From: Felis catus
Taxonomy: Eukaryota
Reading direction: 5' to 3'
DNA length: 64,000 nt
NCBI RefSeq assembly: GCF_018350175.1
Contig: NC_058371.1
Span: 111,290,001-111,354,000, forward strand
The translations under genes and the position numbers were made by a program. Of this stretch, positions 49,637 to 62,434 are shown in pieces; the first letter of the stretch is position 1, and each line of letters starts with the position of its first letter. Below the pieces are notes generated by a model. It did no database searches. It was not told where the DNA came from and worked only from the letters and a program-made list of their open reading frames with translations.

Positions 49637-50969
49637 CTCAGAAATAGGTTATTATACCTAGGAGGGGTAAGGGGAAATATGAAGGCATAAAATGAGAGAA
49701 AGACCATTTTACTTCCATATATCTTTACCTGGGTAAAAATACTTCTGATTTAGATTTGTATGCAAAATTTGTTTAAGATAATAAAATCCAAAGCAGTGTA
49801 AAAGAGCTTTACATTTAATTTATTATATACATTACGTTTTCTAGAAGGAAGCTTTAGATGAAGATCTTTCTGACTAATAAGACCTCTCATAATGGCATTA
49901 TAAATGACTAGCATAGAGAGCAGGCATTATGAAGGATGGCATCTATTTTGACTAGGGATCCATACACTTAGCCCATAGAATTCATGTTTGGTTCAGTGTT
50001 GTTTGTAAGGCTTTAACGTATTTATGAACAATGCCTTTCTTGTTAAATATGTGGCCACTTACATAGTTGCCAAAAATGTTTTGGAGTGGCAGTGACAAAG
50101 TCAACATTACTCTAAGCATGGATTTTTAAATAAAGCACTAAAATGTGCTCATTTATATATAGTTGTGCTCTTGAATTTATTTACAATGACAATAACAAAA
50201 TGCTGTGAGAAACAGCACTTCACTGGAGAGTAGCACTTTAATATTATAGGAGGCATAGCATGGTTTGAGGTAAAGGTACCTGATTAATTGAATTCCATTA
50301 TGATGTGATTTTACCTATGCATTAGACCCTGCAGCATGGAATTTATGGACCTACTTAGAGCATTGTGCTAATGTTTAAATAACATGCTTTATAGAATCAA
50401 ATTCAAATGTGTTTGTGTATGTCACCAAAAATGTCATGGAATATGGTAACCATAAATATAATGTGTTTTTAGGTAAATAGTCTTTCAAAAAGAATCTTAT
50501 ATGCGTTCATATGAAGTGATCCAGAGTGAAAGCTTGACTCATCTTAGTAGTCCTTAATACTTATTCACTCTTTATCCTACTATTGTTTTTTCTTTTATAC
50601 TTATAAAAAAGAGATTTTGTTTACCTTTCTGCTCACTGTTTTGTATGTCTCTCCTGGTACTCAGGATAAACACAAGACGTGCTCATGATCCAATGTTATT
50701 TTGATTATGGGGAAATATTTTTCTAACTTTCAGATTCTGGAACACACTGTATGCAATGATACTGCTGCTACAGAATTTGAACAGTTATGACTGAGTAATG
50801 TAAGTCCTTGTAGAAAGTATCTGTCACTATTTCCTACTGATGGAAGTTGGGGTCAGCAGCATTCCTAAAGAGTAGGCATGAAGTAGGCATGAAATGCTTA
50901 AGAATTTTGGAATGACAGATTGCAGGGTTCCTGCACCAGGGGAGAAATTACCTTAACAGAGAAATAAAG

Positions 50970-51170
50970 ATAATAATAGTTGTTATTGTTTATTATGCTG
51001 TAAATAGAAGCCCAGCACAATGCTTCACATGCAGTACCCTAACAATAATCTTGGAAGGCAGATATTGTCTTCATAATTTCACAGTTGAAGGAGCTAGGCT
51101 TTATAGAATTTAAGTAACTTGTTGAATGCCACACAAACAGTGGCAGAGCTAAGATTCAAAAACAAATTTA
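50970..51170 (-). mobile_element. MIR
   Basis: aatttcacagttgaaggagctaggcttta..taagtaacttg..ccacacaaacagtggcagagctaagattcaaa. Confidence 0.75.
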
Positions 51171-51529
51171 ATTCCATAGGACAAGCAGAGATGGATGAAT
51201 GTATAGGTAGAATGAAAACGGACAGAGAAGTATGTAGGAGAAGAAAGACTGTGGATGTGAGTGACAAATCTAAACTGTGAACAATTTAATTGTGTGGGTT
51301 AAGATAGTGGGGTGGTCTCTGAGGCAACAGAAAGGATATCAGGTGTCTCAAATTTGTTGGTGCCCCAGGATTTGTTGATGTATTTGCAGGGGCGGAGTAT
51401 TGACAGGCCATAGTGTTCACTCTGGAAAGCCATGGTCATAGGACTTCAGGGGGTACTTCCTAAATGTGAATAGGTTGAGTGGCTCTGAGTACTACTTTGT
51501 CAGAGATATTTATGACTCACATAAGACAC

Positions 51530-52170
51530 ATATGAATATAGTTTCATTACACAAATTTAACAAAAAGACTTCACAGAATAAAAAGTGGATCTTTTTTATT
51601 TGCCCCTCATAGTAATACTCTTGCAAGAGATAATCATTTTTAACAATTATATGTGTGTATAACACATACACATACACATTTATAAAATCCATTTCTGCAC
51701 ATATATCATGTGGATTTATCATTTTTTTTGGTTAACGTTTATGAGGATCATATTCTAAACATTTGCAGCTTGAGTTTTCATTTGTGTGTCTCTTAGATAT
51801 TGACAAGGAAATATCTATCATGTTCTTTTTAACTGATAAGCACACACCAAATGGGTATCAGCATTTATTCAAACCATTCCCTTATTGGTGGATTCTTAGA
51901 GTGTTTTCACATTTCCACCACTGCAATTAATGAAAAGAATATTGTCAAAGAAACCTTTCTTCCACATGTGTAAATATTTCTCTAGAATATATAACTAGAA
52001 GGAATTAGTGGGTTAAAATGTATTTGCATTTAAAATTTTGATGGATACTGGTGAATTGAATCTCAAAATTCTTTACTATTTTACCCTACCACATTAAAGT
52101 GTATGAGAATGTTTATTTTTCCAATACCTTTACTCATACTGAATTTAACTTTTATCAATGTGATGGATAA
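51530..52170 (-). mobile_element. Old L1 (L1ME-like) 3' region
   Basis: tttattcaaaccattcccttattggtggattcttagagtgttttc..tatttctctagaatatataactagaaggaattagtggg. Confidence 0.75.
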
Positions 52171-52274
52171 AAATTATATATCCAGCCATATGTATGTTAG
52201 TTGTTGAATATTTGGTAGCATTGAGAAATGATCAGAAAATAAACATATCTGCACCTATGTTGATTATATTGTCC

Positions 52275-52334
52275 TTCTAATCAATACATTAGAAAAATCA
52301 GCTGGTTCTAATTAATACATTAGAAAAATCAGCT
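52275..52334. repeat. 31-bp tandem duplication
   Basis: ttctaat[c/t]aatacattagaaaaatcagct occurs twice. Confidence 0.92.
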
Positions 52335-52569
52335 CATAGTTCATTTCACTAAGTTGGTCAGTACTAATCTGCTTCAGATAATAGCTAATGAATGCAGTTT
52401 AGCCATGGGTACAGGTGCTAAAATTTTAGCTAGACTATTAGCAGGGACAAGATGATATAGTATTTTGAGATTTTTTTTAGAATGTATTATATTTCATCTT
52501 CTAAATGAATTATGATTAAATAAAGGATAACTGCAGCGTGTACATATCAGAAGTGATGTACATTTCTTA

Positions 52570-52930
52570 TTGTGATATAATAAAAAATAAATATATGGTC
52601 TTTGTCCCAGGTTCCTGGCACAGAGCTCCTAAAACCCTTGGAATTTACTGTCATTTGCTAATGAGATGACTCATAGTGTGGGGGCCCAATGTCTTTAGGA
52701 TGGAGTCTGGTCACCAGAAAAACCAATCAGGTGATGAGAGGGTTAGAACTTTCAGTCCTACCTTCCAACCTTTGGGGAGGGGAAAGGGGCTGGAAATTAA
52801 GTTCAGTCACCAATGGCCAATGATTTGATCAATCACGCCTACATAATGTAACCTCCACAAAAGTCTCTAAACAATAGGGTTTGGGAAGCTTCGGAATTAG
52901 TGGATACATCCATGTGCTAGGAAGGTAGTG
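52570..52930 (+). mobile_element. MER21-family LTR (partial)
   Basis: ggtctttgtcccaggttcctggcacagagctcctaaaacccttggaattt..ctggtcaccagaaa..ggccaatgatttgatcaatcacgcctac. Confidence 0.88.
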
Positions 52931-53717
52931 AGAAGAAAAAGATGGGCAGAATAGATGAAAATAAGAAGAGTTGGTAGGTTCATAGGGAAAGTTGGTAAGT
53001 TCATAGTAAACTCTATAAAGGAACATATGACCAAATAATTCCTATTCATCCATATTTTATGGGTCCTTAAAAACGATCTAAATAATGTTTTTAACCTTTG
53101 AGTACACCTACAGCTTTAATCAACTTTTTTAGTTTTAAATTACAAAGGACATAACAAAATGTGCAGGTTTGAATGTTATCAGCACTAATAATATTATTAA
53201 CCCTTTACATTTGTAAAGCATTTTATAGTTTACAGAGAGAGGGTTTTGTCATGCTCATCTTCATTTGATCTTTCTTACAACCAAATTAGTCACAGTTGTT
53301 ATTATCAAAAATGGAGACTAAACAGAAGTTATGTCTCTTGGCCAGAGTCCTAAAGAGTATTGGGTGAACCGGGAATATGATGAAAATCACCAAGTGGTGT
53401 CTTACATGAGCTCCCTAAACAGTCTAGTCAACTACCGAGGATTACTCCTTTCAACTCTGAAGTTCTATTTCTCGACCATGCTTGCTTATTTTCTTTCCTT
53501 GGATAGATTTGCTTTTCCTTCAGAGGTCTGTAAACCTCATATAAATGAACTTTTGTTGGGACTTCCCANNNNNNNNNNNNNNNNNNNNNNNNNNNNNNNN
53601 NNNNNNNNNNNNNNNNNNNNNNNNNNNNNNNNNNNNNNNNNNNNNNNNNNNNNNNNNNNNNNNNNNNNNNNNNNNNNNNNNNNNNNNNNNNNNNNNNNNN
53701 NNNNNNNNNNNNNNNNN

Positions 53718-53829
53718 TGGCTGCCAGCACAGAGCCTGATATGGGGCTTGAACTCATGAACTGTGAGATCATGACCTGAGCCCAAACCAAGATTCAGACA
53801 CTTAACTGACTGAGCCACACAGGCGCCCC
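53718..53829 (-). mobile_element. Can-SINE, 3' half hidden by N run 53569-53717
   Basis: cagcacagagcctgatatggggcttgaactc..actgagccacacaggcgcccc. Confidence 0.93.
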
Positions 53830-54098
53830 AATATACAAAAATGTTTTAATCCAAACTGGTGGAAGAGAAAAAAGATAATAATGACTGTCACTGGAGGCAG
53901 GGAGGGGGAACAACAGCAACAAAAGACAAAATGGACTAAAAACTGGCATATCATCAATGCCAATTTAGTGATTATACCTGCCAGGATTATTTCAGTTCTA
54001 AGTGATTGGAAGTTGAATTCCAACTAGTAAAAATAAGATTTATTGGCTCACATAATTGAAAAGATGATGGACAATACTAGTTTCAAGCTTCACTGAAA

Positions 54099-54305
54099 CT
54101 TTTATTTTTATTTATTTTGGAGACAGAGAGAGAGAGAGAGAGTGATTGAGAGAGAGAGAGAGTGAGTGATTGAGAGACAGAGAGAGATGGGCTCCAGGCC
54201 TGAGCTGTCATCACAGAGCCTGAGGCGGGGCTCAAACTCATAACTGTGAGTTCATGACCTAAGCTGAAGTTGGAAGCTCAACCTACTGAGCCACCCAGGC
54301 ACCCC
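54099..54305 (-). mobile_element. Can-SINE with expanded (GA)n
   Basis: Ends gagccacccaggcacccc; contains duplicated gagtgattgagaga units. Confidence 0.94.
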
Positions 54306-54889
54306 TACATTTTTACATTTATACATTTCATTTTGATTGGTTTCATTTTCAGGCAGAACTTTTTCATTACAGCAAGATGACTTCCAGAAGTTTTAGTCTC
54401 AAATGCTCACAACCCAATGCCAGTTGCACAGGACTGGAATAACAAGAATGGAGACTTAAGGAGCTTCAAATACATAGCTGGTCTTCCCTTCAAAACATTT
54501 TGTAAAATTTAAAGCTATAAAAGATGGAAGGGTAAAGAACCAAGACCCCTGAAACTGAGACTTTGAAAAAGCAGAACAGAAATTATAGCAAAATCTTAGT
54601 GTTGAGGGATGAAAACATGTTCTCAACTGAAATTCCTGGAAGGTCGTGCTCTGTGAATAGAAGTGGATTAAAGGTGTACTGAAGAGCAGAGTCAACCCCC
54701 CTCAGCCCATGATTGGATTAGGTGATTTGTTTTTGTTTTTGTGTTTGTTTTTTAACTCTGTGTCCCACTGTATTTGCTTGGCCAAAGAAAGGCTGAACCT
54801 CAAAAGTTGGAAGATAACATCATGACATACATCTTCATTTTTTATGCATAATTCCAAAACTTATTTACTAGGCATGTGAAAAGGACATC

Positions 54890-57240
54890 ATAGGTGGATC
54901 CAGACATTGAAATTAGTAGACAAGAATTTACTATACATATGTTTAGATAAAGAGAATTTCAGAATAAAATTAGTTTGTGAAAAGGCAACAAATTGGAAAC
55001 AATAAACCTGAAAAACACATCTGAATGTATGGGTTTAGCAGCAGATTGGTCATACCAGAAGACAGGGTTAGTGAGCTGTATATAATACAAGTCAACAGGA
55101 AATATCCAAATTAAAACAAAAAAGACAATATAAGAAGTATAGAACAAAGTTTAAGAAATGTGGCATGTTGTGAAAAAGCAGATATATATGTAATTGGAGA
55201 AATAGAGAAGACAGAAAATTGGGAAGAAGTATATGTGAAAGGATAATGGCTAAGTATATTCCAAAAATGATAAAAGACACAAACCCACAGATTGAAATTC
55301 TCAGCAAACCCCAAAAGGATACATACCAAACAAACAAAACCAGCACACACATACCATAGTTAAACTGCTGCAAACCAAGGACAAAGAGAAAAATTTTTAA
55401 TTAATAACCTTAAGACTGACAGCTTACTTCTCAGCAGAAATGATGAAAGCTAGAAGGCAATATTAAAAGAGTTGAGAGAAAATAGCTATGAGTCTAGAAT
55501 TTATATCCAGAGATAATAACCTTCAAAAATGAAGTGTAATTTTAAAATATTTTAAGCAAATAAAAACAGAGTTTGTCATAAAAAGACCTGAATTGAAAAA
55601 AAAATACTGAAGAGAGTTCTTAAAGAACAAGGAAATAACCTGAGACAAGACAACAGAACTGAAGGAAGAAAGGTAGAGTATTGGAAAAGATAACTGTGTG
55701 GATAAATATTGACTACACAAAATAATGTCTTATGGAGTTTAAAGTATTTGTAGAATATTTGTAAAACAAAAATTAAAAAAATAACTTGAAAAGCAGGAAG
55801 AGGTAATATTGGATTTAAGTTGCTTAGAGATTTTAGGGGCACCTGGGTGGCTCAGTTGGTTAATCGTCTGACTTCAGCTCAGGTCATGATCTCACAGTTG
55901 GCGGATTTGGTCAGGATCTCACAGTCCTATGGGCCCCACATAGGACTCTGTGCTGACAGCTCAGAGCCTGAAACTTGCTTGGGATTCTGTGTGTCCCTCT
56001 CTCTCTGCCCCTCCCCTACTTGTGCTTTGTCTCTCAAAAATGAATAAACGTTTTAAAAAAAATGCTTAGAGATTTTACGGTTTTTCAGAGAAAATGGTAA
56101 AATCAGTGGTAATAATTTACATGAGAGTATCATAGAGGATGCATGTTGTAATTTCTATAGTAATGTCTAAAAGAATGCATATCTGACAAGTTACAAGTCA
56201 GAAAATGGAATAATACAAATGAAATTTGTTTAGTCCTCAGGAAGGCAAGCAATGAGAACAGACAAATGTAAAAAAGATCAAATACAAAAAAAAAAGGTGA
56301 AAGATATAAACTTCATGTTATCAGTATTTAAATTAATGTAACTGGCCTAATTTAGCAAGAAAAATACTAAGGTTGTCAGACTTGGGGAAAAACAAACTAT
56401 GTGATGCTTAAAAGAGACACGTCTCAAACATAAGACAAAGATTGCAAGTAAAAAGATGAAAAAAGATGTATAATGTATACACTAACTGAAAATAAATAAT
56501 TCTAGAGAAATTACACATTAAGTCAAGAGCTATCATTGGAGATAAACAGGGCCATTTTAAATGATAATGGTAAACTCATGAGGTCAATATCATGATCTTA
56601 CATCTATGTATGTAATATAGTTTTATGATGCTAGAAAATATAAAGCATAAATTAACTGAAAGAAAAGGAGAAATACATAATCAGAGTAGGTGACTTAAAT
56701 AGACCTGTCCCAATAGCTAAGGGTACAAGAAGATGAAAATCTTTTTAAAAGAATTCCAAAAGAAATGATGAAAATATGACACATCAAAATTTATGGAATG
56801 TAACTAAAACAGAGCTGAGATAGAAATTTATAGCATGAAATGTATATGATAAAACGATATTAAGCTGAAAATCAATGTTCTAATGTTTCCATCTCAATAA
56901 GATAGAGAAAACGACACCAAATTCAATTGATCAGAAATGTAGGAAGGAAATAAAGATGAAAACAAAAATAAATGAAGGAGAAAGTAAACTTAAAGGAAAT
57001 CAAGAGTCAAAATTTGTTTTTATTAAAAGATAAATGCAATTGAAAAGCCCCTTGTAAGACTGATGAAGAAAAAGAGAGAACACCATTATCAATATCAAAA
57101 ATAAAAAAGACAATATTATTACAGACATTTAAAGGTAATAAGACATTATGAACACTTTTATACTAATAACTTTGTGATTAGATGAGATGGATAATTCTCT
57201 AAAAATACAAATAAATTGGACAGAACAAAAACTAAAATAC
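54890..57240 (+). mobile_element. Decayed old L1 body (ORF1/ORF2 remnants), no intact frame
   Basis: Strongly A-rich plus strand; L1 motifs such as acttctcagcagaaatgatgaaagctagaaggcaa and acacatcaaaatttatggaatgtaactaaaacagagctgagatagaaatttatagc. Confidence 0.85.
55836..56062 (+). mobile_element. Can-SINE inserted in L1, internally rearranged
   Basis: TSD tgcttagagatttta at 55821-55835 and 56063-56077. Confidence 0.96.
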
Positions 57241-57603
57241 AAATGCTTAAATGCTTGAAGAGTCAATTACCTTTAGTATAACATCCCAGGCTCCTCTGTT
57301 TACTATTATTTTCTTACCTCATAGTCTTTTGCTGATCCTCAAGCATCTTTTCCCTTTTTATATTTCTGCCCATTCTTCATTGGTTTAGGCTTCTCAAGCT
57401 CAGATTATTGAAATGACTTTCTTAATTTTTAATTTTTTTCTGCTTTAGATCTGCTCCTGACTCCAAATATTTCCTGAATATTTATGGCCTCATTGATCTT
57501 CCCAAAGCACTATTTTTATATTGGATTACTTATGATCTCTAAACAATTCTTGAACTTTTTAAGTCTTGAATATTTGCTTAAACAATTTTTATTTTCTTCT
57601 ACA

Positions 57604-57890
57604 TAGTGGTTCTCGATTTTTGGTTGTTAGATCAGCTGCCTCAGCATTATCTGGAAACTTGCCATTAAGTGGTAACTTCTCAAGTCCTGGCCTAGACTTA
57701 CTAAATCAGAAATTCTGGGGAATCTGGGTGGCCAGTCAGTTGAATGTCTGATTCTTGATAATGGTTCAGGTCATGATCTCACTGTTCAAGAGTCTCAACC
57801 CTGTGTCAGGCTCTGTGCTGACAGTGCAGAGCCTGCTTGGGATTCTCTGTCTCCCTCTCTCTCTCTTTGTCCTTCCCCTGCTTGCTTGCC

Positions 57891-57930
<40 letters not shown>

Positions 57931-57937
57931 GTGTCTC

Positions 57938-57980
<43 letters not shown>

Positions 57981-58085
57981 CCTAAAAAAGAAATTCTGTG
58001 AGAGTTTCTGAGTTAAATCTATTTAATAAGACTTCCAGGAGATTTCAGGTGATCCTGATCTATGCAATAATTTCGGAAACATTCC
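57604..58085. mobile_element. MER5A-like MITE split by a SINE
   Basis: tagtggttctc..cagcattatctggaaacttg..agacttactaaatcagaaattctg, resuming ..caggtgatcctgat..ttcggaaacatt. Confidence 0.7.
57718..57988 (+). mobile_element. Can-SINE with (CT)n and (TAAA)n microsatellites
   Basis: Head, body, (CT)n at about 57893-57929, (TAAA)n at about 57938-57980; TSD agaaattctg. Confidence 0.95.
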
Positions 58086-58355
58086 CCTACATAGAGAACC
58101 CTACCTTGCAAGACTTCATTAAATGACCTAGATATGCATTGAACCTTTTTTTTTTTTTGGATACCTGTATGCATTTATTATTTACAACATCATTATTATC
58201 ACATCATTTGCTACTGCTTTGACTTACTAATCATCCTTTTATATATGTATCATACCTTTTTAGCCAGATTGTATGTCATGCAAGATAAGGAAGCATTTAC
58301 TCTAACAGCACTTTATGGCATGTTCTTAATTAATTAAATCAACTAGAATACATAG

Positions 58356-58990
58356 GTATATGTTTTTCATTCATGATGTAACAAATCACCACATACTTAG
58401 CAGCTTTAAACAACACATATGTATTATTTTCTAATTTCTGTAGGTCAGAAATCCTCATGGACTTGACAGGGTTTTCTGCTTAGGGTCTCACAAGGTGAAA
58501 TAAAGGTTTTGACTGGGTTGCATTTCTTACTGGAGGCTCTGGGGAAGAATCTACCTCCATATTCATTCAGGTTATTGCCTGAATTTAGTTCCTTGTGATT
58601 GTAGGACTGAGGTCGCCATTTTCTTTGTTAGCTGTCAGCTAGGGCCAGTCTTTGCTCTTAGGGACTGTCTGCATTCTTTCTCAAGTTTTCCATGAAACCC
58701 CCTTTTACAATGGTGAGCTGATTCCTTATCATGTTTCAAATCCCTCTTTTTCTTTTTAATCTCTCTGATTTCTTCTGCAGCATCCTTTTTGACTATAGTC
58801 AGAAAAGTTAACTGTTTTTAAGGGCTCGCGTCATTAGATTGGGTTTACTTGGAAAATCTCTTAAAATCTATTTTAAGGTCCATAATTTTAATTACATTTG
58901 CAAAGTTCCTCTTGCCATGCAAGTTAACATATTCACAGATTCCAGGAACTAGGGCATGGGCATGTTTGGGGGGCTATTCTGCCCACCATG
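58356..58990 (-). mobile_element. MLT1D/E-like MaLR solo LTR
   Basis: tgtaacaaatcaccacatacttagcagctttaaacaacac..ggaggctctggggaagaatc..gggggctattctgcccacca. Confidence 0.9.
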
Positions 58991-59255
58991 TCAATGATGT
59001 AATGGCTGTATGCAAAGTACTGTGATTCAACTGAAAATTATGAATTCTGTGTTGCATTTGTAACCTACTAATTGTCAAAACAAACAAAATTACAGTACTA
59101 TGAATTTTACTAGTAGTGAGAAACATTGTTCCATATGAGTAGAACTGAGTGATACGGGGAGAAGAAAAAACAATTTCAAAACCCTTTAGCATTTTTAATA
59201 GTAGGGAGAAAAATGCCTTAGCTTGTACTCTAGTAGGATAAACTTGAGACTGCAT

Positions 59256-59496
59256 CTATGTATTACAGTTGACATTGCCTAGTGTATCTTCAAACGCTGT
59301 TGGCAGTTTCTGGATAATGATGGCTTCTCCCTTTGAGAGCACGCTGCCAGGGACCTCCCCATTGGACATATTAGACAATTATTACTTTCCTAAGTCAGGC
59401 CATAGCAAAGATACATGCCAAATTTGGTGAAAATCTGTCTAACCATTTTCAAGTGATGTTGTAATAGCTAGCAGATGAAAACTTTATTTATATAGA
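59256..59496 (-). mobile_element. Probable ancient non-autonomous Helitron relic
   Basis: Minus strand begins A|TCTATATAAATAAAG, contains gattttcaccaaatttggca, and ends ctaggcaatgtcaactgtaatacatag (possible decayed hairpin plus CTAG); no TSD. Confidence 0.55.
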
Positions 59497-60094
59497 TTAA
59501 GTCATAAATGCTTTGTATGCCAATTATGATGTAACAGTCATGCTTGAAAAGCTTTGAAATCTCTAAAACAAACATAAGGTATTATTATCATCAATAACAA
59601 CAATTATGTTTTATTATTTTCATTGTAAGCACTGTCATTTTATTTATGTCTATAAATAAGAAGGGATAAAATGTGCTATCAAATATCTGTTTAATAGGGC
59701 TTAATTATTTATTATGGGACTTAATAGTATATTTAATAAAATTAATGAGATTCTGATTACTTGAGCCTACCACTCTCTTTGGATGGAAACTCTCTTTGAT
59801 AAGAAGTAAAGCAAGATTGCCAGTTTTCTTATGAGAATTACAGGGTTTGAGGATTAGTCAACTGAGAATTGGTGAGGTCCTCCTCTAATTAATGTCTTCC
59901 CACTGCTGTTTGCCCTAATCTCCCCTTTTATTACATTTATTACAATGCTTCAGCGGGATGTCTGTGTGGCAAGGAAGATCTATTAAATAAGGTTACTATT
60001 CGGTTAGTGAAATAGCAATAAAGGTCCTAATTCTGCATTTGTTGCTTTGTTAATTCCTTTTAATTTAAAGAGTCATCTTGAGGGAGGCACACAC

Positions 60095-60245
60095 TTTTAA
60101 TGGGAAGAACAATTGGACTGGAAGTGAGGAGATCCACAGCCAATCTTGCCTTTGCAATTTTGGGTGGGTCATTGGATCTCTTTGGCCTCCAGTTTCCCAA
60201 ATTATAAAACATAGGGTTTGGACAAGAGGATCTGTAAAGTCAAAT
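60095..60245 (+). mobile_element. MIR/MIR3
   Basis: ggactggaagtgaggagatc..tctctttggcctccagtttccc..ggtttggacaagaggatct. Confidence 0.65.
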
Positions 60246-60559
60246 TAGCCCCCAAATTAAACATTTTGCTGATTTAAAGGAAACATCTTGCAGAAACTGG
60301 TGAGGAGATACATTTCCACAGTGTTATTTGAATCTCACTTAGATTTTTGCAATTGTCTTTTAACTGAATTTCCTGCTACCAATATTTTAATGCAATAACT
60401 GTTCTGTATTCCATTGCCAGATTTAGGTTCATAAAATGCTGTTCATTCCCTGTTCAAAAACATTCCATATTAAGTCTGAATTTCAGGACTGTCTGAATTT
60501 TGATCTGATCTTATTCTCTGCAAAATTCTTCTTCCTAACCCCATGTTTTAGCCACTTCC

Positions 60560-61125
60560 CTTGCTATAATTGAATATGTTTACATTTTGTCCTCCACATC
60601 CTTACTTATGCTATTTTATATACCTGATATCCTTTCTTTTCCAACCCTATCCCCTTCTACCCAGCACTCAAACACACATTTTTAACCCCACCTACTGAAA
60701 TTCTATTCATTCTCTAAGGTCAACTCAAGAACTATTTCCTTTAGATAGTCTTCTATAATTATACCAACTGGAAGCAATCTTTTCCCCTCTGACATCCTAT
60801 AAGACAATATATTTACAACTCAATAATAAACATTTAGCACATTTTTTAAATGTGTATGTGTTCTGGTCACTGTCATTGGTACTGGGGATAATATAAGAGG
60901 AGAAATGGACATGGTCACTGTCCTAATGAACTTACTGTCTCACGAGCAAGACAGATATTAGTCATAATTATATAAATTGAAATAAGTTATATGGGACTTC
61001 ATTTCATTTACCTTTTTACTGTTTAAATCTTAGCTCCTATAGTAAATTGTAAACTTGAAAAAGGAGTGGTTTTTCTAATCTCTGACAATATTAATTCATT
61101 TCTAAATAAATATTTATAGAATAAA
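60560..61125. mobile_element. L2 fragments; a sense copy apparently split by an antisense tail at about 60820-60965
   Basis: ttctattcattctctaaggtcaactcaag..; aataaacatttagcac..gtcactgtcctaatgaacttactgtct. Confidence 0.55.
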
Positions 61126-61979
61126 AGAAATGCTTGAACTTTCAGATCTGGGGTTGTAAATTAAAAATGGTCACTAAGATTGTCCTAGATGAGAGAATAA
61201 TTTGGACATTTTCCCCTATTTTCTCAAAGTTAAGTAGAAGTTATATTGGATTAAGTGCATTAATAAAAACCATGCATTTAATTTAGAATCTAAAAGATTC
61301 ATTCTTGCCACCCTGTGTTTTAAGGGTTTTAATATTAAAGTAATTGTATTGTTATATTTTGACATCTTCATTTCATAAAAAGGTCATAACTTTTCTAACA
61401 TATGGTTACTAAATACTGTCTATATATATATAGGACTGTGAAACTAGTTATGGATGCTACAGAATAGTATGAGTTCGTTCAATAAGCATTTGTTGAATGC
61501 ATACCAGAATCTTATGGTGTAAGCATGAATCAGGCACAATTTATGCCATCTGAAAGGGGTAGTTTGGGGGGAAGGCAGCAACAAATATTAATAGTAGCAA
61601 AATTTTGGATCCAAATATGGCTATTTTGTTTAATGAATATAAGTTCATATAAATCCCAACAATAATGTTCTTAAGAAGATAGAATTAAGAGCATACAATG
61701 TGAAAATAATGAAAACTCTAAGGAATGCTGTGACCATATTCATCCCATTGTGTCAGGTCTCTGGTTTCCAAGATAATTTATTATTGTTGTAAATATTGCT
61801 GCTGTTGTTATTTTATAGAGGGAATGGAAATACTTCAAAGATATACTTTGAGCTCCTATGAATATTTTCAAGTTAATATTTTTGGGTATAGTCATCCATT
61901 GTTCACACTAATCACAGGCCTAGGAATCTCACCTTCTACACTGATGACTGGTTTCCAATTACCAGAGAGGAAATTTATC

Positions 61980-62145
61980 AGATTGGTTAAACTCTTAACT
62001 CTAGATTCAGATAGGTCTGTGTTAGTATCAAAATCAAGGCTTTACTGCTTACTAGTAGTATGATGCCAAAAAAACCATGTCTCACTAAATCTCAATGTTC
62101 TTATGAATAAAATGGAGTTAATTACAAAACTATCTCACAGTAAAT
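61980..62145 (+). mobile_element. MIR
   Basis: ggttaaactcttaactctagattcagatag..tttactgcttactagtagtatga..tctcaatgttcttatgaataaaatggag. Confidence 0.6.
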
Positions 62146-62434
62146 ACTAAAGAAATGTAGCTATTCTTTATCTTTTCAAGCAGAATCTAATTTGAAAATG
62201 GAGGACCTTTATTGTACTTGTAAAATATTTTCAATCTGATGCTGAAATGCTTATTTCACACTTTCATTCAGTGAAGCAGTGATAATTAAGATGGGTCTAA
62301 AAGCAGAGGATAATATTTAGCCAAAGAAATAAAACTAAAGGCACCTGTATGAGTTTACATATGCATGGTCAAGTTACAACCAAATTGTCCACTACTGCTC
62401 AAAAGAGCATGAATTTTAAAGAAGATATAGGTTC

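Noticed and set aside
54959-55842. Cluster of hydrophobic minus-strand ORFs
   Set aside because: Antisense of A-rich L1 gives T-rich Phe/Leu codons that mimic membrane proteins.
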